IMG/VR virus record: IMGVR_UViG_3300042503_001836
Coordinates: 54,554 to 118,553 of that record
DNA length: 64,000 nt
Reading direction: 5' to 3' (one strand)
DNA from: a virus
Shown here: one piece after another, positions 49,212-59,192 of the stretch
Layout of the letters: every line of letters starts with the position of its first letter
Position numbering within the stretch: position 1 is the first letter of the stretch
Notes under the pieces: generated by a model
The model's database searches: none
What the model was told of the DNA's origin: nothing
Seen by the model: the letters and a program-made list of their open reading frames with translations, nothing else
Program-made: the position numbers and the translations under genes

Positions 49212-49936
49212 CCCCCCCCATTCGGAATTAGCTGATCGCCACGACCTAATTCACTTTGAATACCTAAAGCAAGCCATTCACGTTTGCGCTTCTGCCAATA
49301 GCCTTGTCTTGCATCCAAAACAGAAAACGGTGGCACTATAAACTTGTCTGCCAATGTTTTCTTTCCAGATTCGTTTTCCGTATCTTTGTCTTTATCATTG
49401 TCATTAGCACTACCGTCTTTGTCATTACTACTTAATTCACGTCCTTTATCAACAACTACTTCTTTTTCTTGATATTCTGTATTTTCTAATGACAAATAAC
49501 TACTCAAATCCTCACTATCAAACCCTGTCAAAGTTAGATCAAAAGACATTTCATTTAGAAAGTCCATGTCTATCTTTAACAAGTCAGGATCAAAGTCTGT
49601 ATTCATTGTTAGCTTATTATGCTGTACACGATAAGCTATCTTTTGTTCTTCAGTTAGTCCTAATACCTGAAATGTAGGAACAGATTTCAGATTTAAGATA
49701 TCTACAGCCGCTAAGTATCTCCCATGACCTTCTAATATTTCTCCATTCTCATCTATGGCAATAGGATCTAAGAATCCAAACTCAGTAATAGAATTGGCAA
49801 TTTGTTGTATTTGTTCTGGCGGGTGTAGTTTACTGTTCTTAGCATACATGATAAGTTCCTTGGGATCTCGCCATGTAACTGTTAATTGATTTTTTGTAGT
49901 TGTGGACTTTACCCAACCTGGTTGTTGCTTAGGCAT
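49208..49936 (-). CDS. ParB/Srx-like domain protein carrying the N-terminal segment of the methyltransferase family
   Basis: NSKLH..QIANSITEFGFLDPI..EGHGRYLA; PPFSVLDARQGYWQKRKREW..LGIQSELGR. Confidence 0.85.
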   Translation of the reverse strand: MPKQQPGWVKSTTTKNQLTVTWRDPKELIMYAKNSKLHPPEQIQQIANSITEFGFLDPIAIDENGEILEGHGRYLAAVDILNLKSVPTFQVLGLTEEQKIAYRVQHNKLTMNTDFDPDLLKIDMDFLNEMSFDLTLTGFDSEDLSSYLSLENTEYQEKEVVVDKGRELSSNDKDGSANDNDKDKDTENESGKKTLADKFIVPPFSVLDARQGYWQKRKREWLALGIQSELGRGDQLIPNGGG

Positions 49937-49993
49937 ATTGTTTACATTGCTAGACTTGTTTTACTGTAACATAGTTGATACACAAAGACTTTT

Positions 49994-50548
49994 TTACTCA
50001 TCATTACTAACAGATTTGGGATCTATAATTTCATAACCTTCTCTTGTGAGTTTATCAGCCGCAGCGTTCATGTCAATGAAGTATCTAATCCCTCTACCTT
50101 CGTTAATGGCGTTAGTCAGTTTTGTTAACGCTTGTGTCAGTTGATTTATTTCAGATGCGTTATGTTTAGAAACTGCTTTTTTCCTTTCCTCAACTGGCAA
50201 CTGTAGATCCTCTTCTAATTGCTTTGCTCGTGCCTCGATTAATTTGGCAACATAGTTTCTCGCCAATCTTTGAACTTGATAATTCTCAGTGACAATCTGT
50301 GATAACTCATCTGATATCTTGTCAGATGTTTTTTCTATGGTCTTTTGCTGAACAGCTTTTTTTAAATCCTCTTGATATCGTTTTCGCTGCTCAACCCAAA
50401 GGTCTTGACGTACCCAAACCTCAACAGTTGCTTTATTATATCCACACGCATTAGCTAAGTCTCTAATGCCTATAGGCTCTTCACTTTCAACATACCGACG
50501 ACGGCATTGCTCTTTAGTCCAGGGTTTAGGTAATTTATCCCATCTCAT
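49994..50548 (-). CDS. Putative terminase small subunit
   Basis: N-terminal HTH (IRDLANACGYNKATVEVWVRQDLWVEQR) plus helical body; upstream of the ParB-MTase genes. Confidence 0.6.
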   Translation of the reverse strand: MRWDKLPKPWTKEQCRRRYVESEEPIGIRDLANACGYNKATVEVWVRQDLWVEQRKRYQEDLKKAVQQKTIEKTSDKISDELSQIVTENYQVQRLARNYVAKLIEARAKQLEEDLQLPVEERKKAVSKHNASEINQLTQALTKLTNAINEGRGIRYFIDMNAAADKLTREGYEIIDPKSVSNDE

Positions 50549-50780
50549 TTTATGTTATCTCCTATATAGTATTTTATATTAAAACATAAAAAAGTCTTAG
50601 TAGTATTATACTACTAAAACTATAAAATAGAATAGACTACACAAGTGGGCGAACGTCGGTTTCATACCGTGTGTTTAAGTGGCTTGTCTGCTTAAACCTA
50701 GTCCACGTTTTAAAGACATAAGCATATTACTTAATTTAAAATAAAAAAAGCTAGTAAAATAAATTACTAGCTGTTTATAG

Positions 50781-51296
50781 TTATACTTTTTTTAACAGGT
50801 TACGGATACCCTCAGAGTATCCTCTACCGTGTCCTAGTTTTTTCACAACTTCCCACTGGTCTTCAGTCAGTTTAATGTCCTTCGACACCCCTAGATAAAC
50901 CTTGTTATTGTAGCTGTTTGGATTCTTCCCACGTCCATCGGGTAATGGGATTTTTACAGTTAATGTCGTGGTGCAACTACCATTACCGTTAAGTTTATCG
51001 TAATCTGGAGTTTTAATTACTTCTTTTTTTACCTTAACCCCCGTTAGTGTATGAGTATACCAATCAGTCTTTTTGCTGTGTGACCATAACTGTCCAGGGT
51101 TCTCATAAGCTGAATAACTGGGAATGAAGCCACCCCAAGCATCGTAGAGAATGACAAGTTCTGTCCCCACTTCTATTTCAGTAAGTATATTGTCATAATT
51201 TGTAGCATTAATTTTTTCAAATTCAGCTACTGATAAATTAGAGTGTGATGTATACGCTTTAGTAGCTGTATATACTTCGGTTTTGTAGCTAACCAT
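50781..51296 (-). CDS. Hypothetical protein with C-terminal RHH-like DNA-binding segment
   Basis: DIKLTEDQWEVVKKLG..YSEGIRNLL. Confidence 0.55.
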   Translation of the reverse strand: MVSYKTEVYTATKAYTSHSNLSVAEFEKINATNYDNILTEIEVGTELVILYDAWGGFIPSYSAYENPGQLWSHSKKTDWYTHTLTGVKVKKEVIKTPDYDKLNGNGSCTTTLTVKIPLPDGRGKNPNSYNNKVYLGVSKDIKLTEDQWEVVKKLGHGRGYSEGIRNLLKKV

Positions 51297-51474
51297 TGTG
51301 TTCCTCTAAATATTTTACAATCTCGCTTAAATCGTCAAGTCTGCGTAAATCAGACTTTCTTAGTTCATTAGGAAAGCAAGAAAGTTTTCTGATGTCTGCT
51401 GTGGTTTTTATTTTGTGACCAGAAAGACGGCTAATTAATCTGTGATAGCCGTCACGGCCATAGTTATGCTTCAT
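51289..51474 (-). CDS. Small hypothetical protein
   Basis: Likely start MKHNYG; overlaps both neighbours. Confidence 0.5.
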   Translation of the reverse strand: MKHNYGRDGYHRLISRLSGHKIKTTADIRKLSCFPNELRKSDLRRLDDLSEIVKYLEEHNG

Positions 51475-52060
51475 AATCTTCTCTATCTCTGGCATCCCAT
51501 TTGCCAGCACCATATAGCTGATCTAAAGCTTTTTCGGTAGTTCCTCTACCATCATTGGCTTTAAGCCAATTTGAATAAGCTTTGTCTGCCTCATGTGCGA
51601 ACTTGTAAAGAATGTCATAATCGCAAGAAAGGTTTGTAGATCCGCCTAACCAGCGATAAACCAGTTTGGCTCTGACTTCATCAACACTGCAGGAGTAACC
51701 TGCTTTGATTTTTTTAGTGTACATATCTACTTTTTCCTGGATATCAGTTCCAGGTTTTAACTTGTTATTATCTTTCAACCAATTTAAGCAAGTCCTTATG
51801 TATGCACTTAAGTCAATATTTGGAGTTTTTACGTTGTTTAAGATGTTTTCTATGTCTTCCCATGACATCCGATACATAAACTCTTTAAAAGTATCATCAG
51901 AGTTATATCTAAGTTCTGCAAAAGTTTTTCCTTTTTGCGTAATGTATAGTCTGACTAGCCCATGTTTTCGCCAAGCTTTAGCACTAAAGCTTGGATTTTG
52001 ATTAATTAAGTCTGCAAGTGTTTCAGGTGAGAGTTCAGATAGATTTTCTTGCGCTTTCAT
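51464..52060 (-). CDS. Hypothetical protein
   Basis: Preceded by a duplicated promoter block. Confidence 0.7.
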   Translation of the reverse strand: MKAQENLSELSPETLADLINQNPSFSAKAWRKHGLVRLYITQKGKTFAELRYNSDDTFKEFMYRMSWEDIENILNNVKTPNIDLSAYIRTCLNWLKDNNKLKPGTDIQEKVDMYTKKIKAGYSCSVDEVRAKLVYRWLGGSTNLSCDYDILYKFAHEADKAYSNWLKANDGRGTTEKALDQLYGAGKWDARDREDYEA

Positions 52061-52775
52061 TTGTTTTATTCTTTGCTTGGTGTTGCTTGTTTATATTTCT
52101 ATATTAGGGTATATAGAAAATTAAGTCAATACTTAATTTAAAAATATTTTTTATACTTGTACGCAGAAAACAAACATAAAAAAAACATCCAGATAACTGG
52201 ATGCTTGTTTTTTAAAAAGGTAAATTTTCTGGAGTGATATCTAAGCCGTCTTTTTTCATTTGTCTTAACCAGGGGCGTAAGTATTGAGAGTCTATGATTT
52301 GTTGTCTTTCTTTTTCAGTAAATCCTACAATGTAAGGTTTAAAATCTAGACCCTCTTTCCAAAAACTAAGTTTACAAATCTCTTTAATCACTTCCTGTAC
52401 AGTACCTTCTATGGGGTTTCTGTCCATTGTTTCGTAAGTTCTACCTCTTTTTATTAAGACTTCACTTACGCTACCACCATCCATATCAAGACAGTATTTA
52501 GAGTGTTTAATGGTGATGTATAAGCTTCCTTTACTAGATTCTACATCGTTGATTTCGTATCCGTATTTTTTGAGTTGACTTACAATCCATCTACAAATGA
52601 ACTTTTGACCCGTGTTTAATTCCTCAGAGTAGTTGTTTACCCAAGAAGAATTAAATTGTATAAGAGGAGTCATTTGTTTTATTCCTTGTTTGGTGTTGCT
52701 TGTCTATGTTTCTATATTAGGGTATATAGAGAATTAAGTCAATACTTAATTTAAAAATATTTTTTATACTTGTAC
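52058..52775 (-). repeat. Two ~106-bp near-identical promoter/leader blocks (52058-52163 and 52671-52776)
   Basis: TTGACTTAATT(T/C)TCTATATACCCTAATATAG ... AATAAAACAAATG upstream of two genes. Confidence 0.85.
52212..52673 (-). CDS. Hypothetical protein
   Basis: Preceded by a duplicated promoter block; terminator-like hairpin follows. Confidence 0.7.
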   Translation of the reverse strand: MTPLIQFNSSWVNNYSEELNTGQKFICRWIVSQLKKYGYEINDVESSKGSLYITIKHSKYCLDMDGGSVSEVLIKRGRTYETMDRNPIEGTVQEVIKEICKLSFWKEGLDFKPYIVGFTEKERQQIIDSQYLRPWLRQMKKDGLDITPENLPF

Positions 52776-52829
52776 GTAAAGACAAACATTCATAGGTCTA
52801 TTTACAGCTTTGCCGCCAGGACTCATAAA

Positions 52830-53200
52830 ATCAGACCAGTTGCTATATAAAGATTTCAGGGTGATCCAAGATTCGTAATAGATATAGAATTTTACGAACT
52901 TTGGATCACCTTTAAAAGTATTGCTATATAAGGCTTTCAAGTTTTAAGAGATTCTAGTAAATAGCTAGGATTTCATCTTAGGAGCGATCGCTCACCATCC
53001 CAAACTACCCAAATCAACAATCTTACCCTTAAAACACATAAGCAATATTAACTAAACTATATCTATACACTAAACTATATAAGCGTGTTAATTAAAGTAG
53101 TAACAAATTTACACAAAATAGACAAAATTGTTCCCAAATTACCCAAAATTTACAAATTACCCACAAACGATTATAACCGGGGTTTGATGCCCGGCTGGTA
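52830..53200. other. Putative replication origin / site-specific DNA element downstream of the rep gene
   Basis: 19-bp imperfect inverted repeat (52860-52910) flanked by direct repeats TTGCTATATAA(A/G)G(A/C)TTTCA, then AT-rich CAAA repeats. Confidence 0.5.
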
Positions 53201-53221
53201 GTCTAGCTTTTTTTATTGATT

Positions 53222-56200
53222 TTAGACTGTTAGAAACGCCAGTTGCCTGCGCTGTTGTAACTGTTGAAAGACTGGTTTGCTCACTTGTTTATCTGTGGTT
53301 TCCGTAGCAATTCCTAGATGAGCCTTCCATAGGGCATCACCACCTTCATCCCCACTAGGATTATAGAAGTAGCTAAACATTCCCTCGTCTCTATTCTCGT
53401 ATTGTGCTACCCAGCCAGTCCAAACTCTAAGAGTCAATTGATCCTCAGTGATGGTGTAGTTATTGAGAGGTGCATTACCATTAGCTGCTTTACCTGCACC
53501 AGCCTCACGGTTTCTGCCTTTTTCCACATTCCAACCAATGCAAGTAAAGAACTTAGAAATGTTTGTAGCTGCCATGTCTGGACGGACATCTACATCAAAG
53601 CCAAAGGTTTTTTTGACATAGGCGCGGTTTTCTACTAATACCTTATTAGTTTTGATAATGATTGGCATACGGTTGTGAAAAAACATTACAGGTCTACCAT
53701 TATCAAGTTTTCCCCGCTTAGTAGCTTCCTGAAGTAATACATTTGCAAGTCCCTTGATATCCATAGTATTGATCATAAAATCAATACCAGCTTTCATACT
53801 CATAGGAGTATCTTTGATTGACCTACTAGAAGAGTTGATCATGTTGCGGAACTCTTCAGCCATATAGATAATTTTGGCAATATCCTCTTGGCCATTAGTC
53901 ATCGCACATCGGAAGCTAAAGCCATAAACTAACTTCCGGCGTGTCTTAGAACGTTTGCCCAATGTCCTGCGGACTAACTCCAGTTTTTCATCTTCATTGT
54001 ACCCATTGCACCAACCGTACCCACCTTCTACTTTCACACCCAAGGAATAAAGAATACCTTTCAAATCTTTAGCCCGTGCGGTATCTTTAGGCATGGTATC
54101 TTGATTCTTTTCAATAGAATCCAATAAGGCTAGATCGGCATTAGCTATTTCTACAAGTTTCTTTTCTTTTTGCGCTTCGCCGTATTCTTGCAAAGTAGCA
54201 ATAAACTCTGCGTCTGATTCAAAGTCTTGATGATCAATTGTGTAGCCTTTTTCTTGCATCCGTGCTTTTAAATTAATACGGAACTCTTGAGCAGCATAGA
54301 AACTTTCCTCTAAAGAATCTTGCCACCAAGCTAGAATGTCCTTATCTAATTCTGGAAACTGTGCAGCTATACGCGCCTCAATTTCACTATGCTGTAATAC
54401 TTTCATATCAGCCCAAGTCTGCATTAAGGCAGCCTTAGAACCATCATAACTGCGTCTTACTTCCTCAAAGTTTTTTTCAATGTTGGTAATATCACCTTTA
54501 GTCATGCCCATAGAAGAACGACGTGCAGCCCAAATAAACCGAACTACATTATCCCGAACCCGTTCTAACTGTTGTAGTGTGTTATCCATCCCCATGATGC
54601 CCATGTACACACCGTATACACAGTCAAGTCCTAAATTATTCCAGTCAGTACCAGAATCAATTACTGGAGATATAAATATCACACCTTTACAGCACGCACT
54701 AATGACGGCATGAAGATTATCTACAATATGATGATCTGGATCATCGCTAAATTGACGGGTATCTGCGTCTAAAATCCGTCCTAATTTTAGATCACGTAAG
54801 TAATTACCAAAGCCTTGAGTAGCCCAGTAAAATTTAGAAGATGATTGCTTAATATCTGTGAAAAACAAAGCCTTATGTGTGCTATCTTTAGCAGCTAAAC
54901 GACGGTTAACTTCGCTGTTCAATCCATCGCGGGCATCAGTAAATATTGCTTTACGTCCTTCTTCCTTAAACTTGCAATAAGAGTTAAGGATCACATAGCA
55001 GTTGTATTTAGCCTTGGTTGCTTCGGCATCATACTCTTCACCCCCGCACCAATGCTGAAATAAATTAATAGTTGATACTCTTAAATTGGCATCAGCTAAT
55101 ATAATTCTGCCACCTGCTTTATAGATAGCTACCACAAGAGTTTTTAAAGCAGTAATAGCTTTTTGTCTATTTTCTGCAATAGTGCCTGATTCAATTAAAT
55201 ATTTTACAAAAGACTCTGTTTCATCAATGACTAGTGTTGCATCTTTCCAATCATCAATTTTAAAGTCAGGCAAATAACCCTGTTCATTTGTCCCTTGACA
55301 CAGAGTATTAATGGTGATAGCTAAACCCTGTTTTTTAGCCGCTTCATATTTCTCAGAAGCACTTCTGTAATGTGGTGCTTTGTAGTCAACAATATTTAAC
55401 CGTTTAGCCGCTTGTCTGGTTAGTTGCTCACGGTGCGCGATCGCTAATAATTTGCCCTCACTCCAAGCCTTGACCTGGTTAGCCAGAACCTCGGTTTTAC
55501 CTGTTCCCATTTCCGACACAAACGCCACTAGCTTGCGGTTCTTAGCAGTTGCCTCACATTCTTTGACAACATCACTAAACCATTTACGATTAGCTGTGTG
55601 TCCATATAATAAAGCTTCTTTATTCTTACGATTACCCAGCATCTTAGGGGTAATTACTTGTGTAACACGCACCCAGTAATAATGAGCCGACCATTCAATA
55701 CCTTTCTCATCAATCACAACTACAGTAGGTTTGTAGTCTTTAATCTTGGTATCCTTATTATTTTTTCTTAGTAGATTACGCGCAACTTGAGAATAATACC
55801 CAGCGCGTAAGTTTTCCGCTAACATCCGGTCAGTACCGGGGGCGTTAGGTGTAAAGTTAAAAGTAAATCCATTCTCACAAGCGTATTCTGCCAATAAATG
55901 CAGATTTACGGCGGATGTCTCTTTATTCACATAGCACACACCAGGTATACCAGTATTCAGTATAGCTAAAGCATGAGTAGGACAAGTAGTTATATATATA
56001 GATTTGTTTTCATTCAAGAAAGTAATAGCATTATTCCATCCGTTTTCGGATGCACTGTAAAGCAAAGGCAAGTCTGCAAAAGTAAGCTGTTGTGGTTTTT
56101 GTCTTAGACCTCGCACAGCCTCTTCAATCAAGTTAGTAATAGTGCGGTTGTGCTTGAGGTGAGCGATCGCGTCCTCACCAATTTTAGTCTCTTGTCTGGA

Positions 56201-57640
56201 AGTCAAATAGGATTCAAACTTATCAACATGGCGGGCATGGGGTACATTTGTACCTTTCTCAAAACTAGTAAAAGTAGTCCAGACTTTTTTAATTAAATCG
56301 TTCTCACTGGAATTAAAAGTCTTATCTACCCATTGACGGAATAATTCTTCTGCCGATTCTTTAGCGCGTAACGGTGAACCACTAACTAAGTATTGCGCCT
56401 CAAGTAAAGACTTAGCGACGTACTTAGCTACTTTGTGAGAGCGACCTGTACCGTCAGGAGTGCCATTTTCAACGTGCTGTTTAACAGCGTAATCTACAAA
56501 CTGTAGTAAGGAAACAACCTCACCCTTGATTGATTCTGCACGACGTTTGATTTCCTTGGGTGATAAGCCTTGTAATTGCTTTTCACGTTCTGCCTTGTTA
56601 GCTTCGATTCTGGCCTTATCCTCTTCAGCTTTAGCTGCTAGTCTGGCTTTGTAGTCAGCATAGGATTCGTATGGGTGAAAGCGTTGTTTCCACTCAGAGG
56701 AAAGGATAGTTTCAAAAGCTTGAACGCCAGTAGGGTATGTATCAAATACAAACTCTTTACCAGACTGTGCTTTATATTCTCCTAACTTGGGGAATTTACC
56801 AATTTGTGCTTTTAAATCTTCATAGTTATAGATATCATTGATTTCCAGAATAGAACACTCTCTACCTGTTTTTTGGTGCTTAAATCCAGGAATACGCAAG
56901 ATTAACGTTTTTAAATCTTTTATAATATGCTGAATAGTCTTCTCATATCCATCAAAACCGGAATTTCTGAGCATTTGTGCTGCCAATTCCGCTGCCTCTT
57001 CAAAACTAATAGGTTCATGTAATATGTAATCATTGTGTGGTGACTTATTGCCAGAATCACGTACTAAGCTAGGTTTAGGTAATCCTAATCTTTCTAAGTA
57101 TTGTAGTTTTTCAGTAAATGATTCTGTATCGTCGTTTTCTATTCGGATGATTCTTGTAGTACCATCTCCCCACTTATCAACTTCATCCGCAGTTGTGCTG
57201 GAGTCAATACTATTAGGGGCAAAATACAATGTATTGCCTTTATGCGCTTCTATACGAAAAACTCTAAGTAGATGTTCTTTACCATATACCCCATTATCTT
57301 CCTGTAAAGGAAATCTAAACTGAGGTTTACCACTTTTTTTAGAGTATTCTACTAATTTATTATGTATTTCTGTGCGTTCTGCCAAATCTTTGGCTTTATA
57401 AGCATCTTTAATATCTTGTCTACCGTTCGGAGCGTGGTAGTAAATGTTTGTATAAATATCCTGGTATTTATCTACTTCACCTGGTTTCTTTGCCCTTATA
57501 AGCTTACGTTCCCCTCTTCTGAGGATAAAGCTATGATTCTCTAGTAGATAATCAAACGGTAGGCAGGAAACGTAAGAAAAAAATATTTCTTGAGAATCAG
57601 AAAATTCTGTGTTGGATATTGTGTTATTTAAAATATTCAT
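53222..57640 (-). CDS. Primase-helicase replication initiator (RepB-like primase domain + CyRepA1-like SF2 helicase region)
   Basis: IEND..LPKPSLVRDSGNKSPH..ILRIPGF primase motifs; EMGTGKT, HREQL, VIDETES, SPVIDSGTD, QQLERVR helicase motifs. Confidence 0.8.
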   Translation of the reverse strand: MNILNNTISNTEFSDSQEIFFSYVSCLPFDYLLENHSFILRRGERKLIRAKKPGEVDKYQDIYTNIYYHAPNGRQDIKDAYKAKDLAERTEIHNKLVEYSKKSGKPQFRFPLQEDNGVYGKEHLLRVFRIEAHKGNTLYFAPNSIDSSTTADEVDKWGDGTTRIIRIENDDTESFTEKLQYLERLGLPKPSLVRDSGNKSPHNDYILHEPISFEEAAELAAQMLRNSGFDGYEKTIQHIIKDLKTLILRIPGFKHQKTGRECSILEINDIYNYEDLKAQIGKFPKLGEYKAQSGKEFVFDTYPTGVQAFETILSSEWKQRFHPYESYADYKARLAAKAEEDKARIEANKAEREKQLQGLSPKEIKRRAESIKGEVVSLLQFVDYAVKQHVENGTPDGTGRSHKVAKYVAKSLLEAQYLVSGSPLRAKESAEELFRQWVDKTFNSSENDLIKKVWTTFTSFEKGTNVPHARHVDKFESYLTSRQETKIGEDAIAHLKHNRTITNLIEEAVRGLRQKPQQLTFADLPLLYSASENGWNNAITFLNENKSIYITTCPTHALAILNTGIPGVCYVNKETSAVNLHLLAEYACENGFTFNFTPNAPGTDRMLAENLRAGYYSQVARNLLRKNNKDTKIKDYKPTVVVIDEKGIEWSAHYYWVRVTQVITPKMLGNRKNKEALLYGHTANRKWFSDVVKECEATAKNRKLVAFVSEMGTGKTEVLANQVKAWSEGKLLAIAHREQLTRQAAKRLNIVDYKAPHYRSASEKYEAAKKQGLAITINTLCQGTNEQGYLPDFKIDDWKDATLVIDETESFVKYLIESGTIAENRQKAITALKTLVVAIYKAGGRIILADANLRVSTINLFQHWCGGEEYDAEATKAKYNCYVILNSYCKFKEEGRKAIFTDARDGLNSEVNRRLAAKDSTHKALFFTDIKQSSSKFYWATQGFGNYLRDLKLGRILDADTRQFSDDPDHHIVDNLHAVISACCKGVIFISPVIDSGTDWNNLGLDCVYGVYMGIMGMDNTLQQLERVRDNVVRFIWAARRSSMGMTKGDITNIEKNFEEVRRSYDGSKAALMQTWADMKVLQHSEIEARIAAQFPELDKDILAWWQDSLEESFYAAQEFRINLKARMQEKGYTIDHQDFESDAEFIATLQEYGEAQKEKKLVEIANADLALLDSIEKNQDTMPKDTARAKDLKGILYSLGVKVEGGYGWCNGYNEDEKLELVRRTLGKRSKTRRKLVYGFSFRCAMTNGQEDIAKIIYMAEEFRNMINSSSRSIKDTPMSMKAGIDFMINTMDIKGLANVLLQEATKRGKLDNGRPVMFFHNRMPIIIKTNKVLVENRAYVKKTFGFDVDVRPDMAATNISKFFTCIGWNVEKGRNREAGAGKAANGNAPLNNYTITEDQLTLRVWTGWVAQYENRDEGMFSYFYNPSGDEGGDALWKAHLGIATETTDKQVSKPVFQQLQQRRQLAFLTV

Positions 57641-57970
57641 GTTATAATACCTTCAACGAATCAAGAATTTTTTCTAAACATATTTTATCACCTGTTAGCG
57701 AGTAATGGGTGATATTTTTTTTATATTTTTGTAAAATAGCGTAAGACAGATTGTAAAATAGTATAATTAAATACTGATATATCCAGTGTTTCATGGCTGT
57801 TGCACCTTAATGGGATTTTTCAAAGGTAACACAGCCAAATATTTTAAACCTGTGGAAAAACCTGGGGAAAACTCTGTAATGCGGGTTTGCGTGATGTGGG
57901 TAAATCTCGAAACCCTTACTGTGTATGAATAAAAAAATTTTGTAATTTTTAGTAAACTTTTTAAGGTAAC

Positions 57971-57998
57971 AAAAAACCCGCCTAAGTGTTTAAGCGGG
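57971..57998 (-). terminator. Intrinsic terminator after the chimeric ORF
   Basis: CCCGCTTA-N-TAGGCGGG stem followed by TTTTTT. Confidence 0.7.
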
Positions 57999-58010
57999 AT
58001 TAGTATAGTG

Positions 58011-59012
58011 TTATTCTTGTGTGGGGTTTATCAAAGTTGGTTGAATCCAGATAATCTTTGAATCCTGTAATTTTTCGCCACAAGGCTGATTTCTCCAGTG
58101 TCCACGTCTCCAATGAGTTATAGGACTTTCATGTTTACCTGTTGTACTCTGTCTCTTTATAACCCTTGTTTTATTATCTACATCTAGTTTAATGTACGAA
58201 CGCAAACTTAGTTGCTTGCTCTTTTTTATTTTACTTTGCCCAAAACCTTTTGATTCTACATAAGTTACTTCCTTGTTCTGCTGTGTTTGAAAAAAGAGGA
58301 ATAAGTTAGTGACAAAAGAATCTATCTGGGATAAAACAGTGTAACCATCTTCTTTCATCTCATGCCCAAACCTTAATATATTCCCATTATTTCCTTCAAA
58401 TTGAATTATACCCTCCGCTACCGATTCTCTGTTAGGATCATTCCTAACAATCCAGTCTAAATCGAAAAAACTATAGTATAAACTTGGGTAATTGCAACTA
58501 ACACATTTACCTTCTAAAGTAGCAATCCAGTTGTAACCCTCTCTGTTGATGTCTACATCTGTGTCCTTATATTCCATTATGTAATCAGGTACTTGATTTA
58601 GGTTATTATCATACCCATGAGGATAAAAACTCAATAAAATATGTGTCACCTTAGCATTTGTTTTACCATCTGAAAATATGTTATGACTATTGGGTAATAG
58701 CTTAAGTTCAACTTTATGACTTTTGCCCCTAGTAACATTACAGATAAAAGGAGTGTCAAACGTTTGAAATTTAAGCTCAATAGCAAGTTGATCTCGCCCC
58801 GTCATGATGTCATCAACCTCAAAGTTAATGCGTCTATCTTGATACGCAGTAAATTGGGGTAAAACTCTTGACAGTGCAATCCGCAAGGCATCAAGTACAC
58901 TAGATTTACCTACACCGTTAATACCAACGAGTAGATTCATACCTGGTTGAAACTCAAAGGTTGCTTGCTCAAAAGCACGAAATTGAGTGAGAGTAAGAGA
59001 TTTAATTTCCAT
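58011..59012 (-). pseudogene. Chimeric ORF: truncated ABC/AAA ATPase N-terminus fused to a phage-type protein C-terminus
   Basis: IKSLTLTQFRAF..NLLVGINGVGKSSVLDAL (Walker A) but no ABC signature or Walker B; ends with phage-like SPITHWRRGHWRNQPCG..WIQP. Confidence 0.7.
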
Positions 59013-59192
59013 TGTTATAATACTGTCACAGCTATCTGTTCAGTAATTTTTACTATAATTAGTACAGCAATATGCTGACTTTAACAGTTTATAGCTATTG
59101 CATCATATTCGGATCATGTATCAATTAAATTTTACTTTTCTTAAAGAATTGACTTATTAAATGAAGTGAAAAATAAACATTGACTAAGTATA

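Noticed and set aside
50681-50690. GGCTTGTCTG shared with 1862-1871 in the ncRNA
   Set aside because: A single 10-mer match is expected by chance
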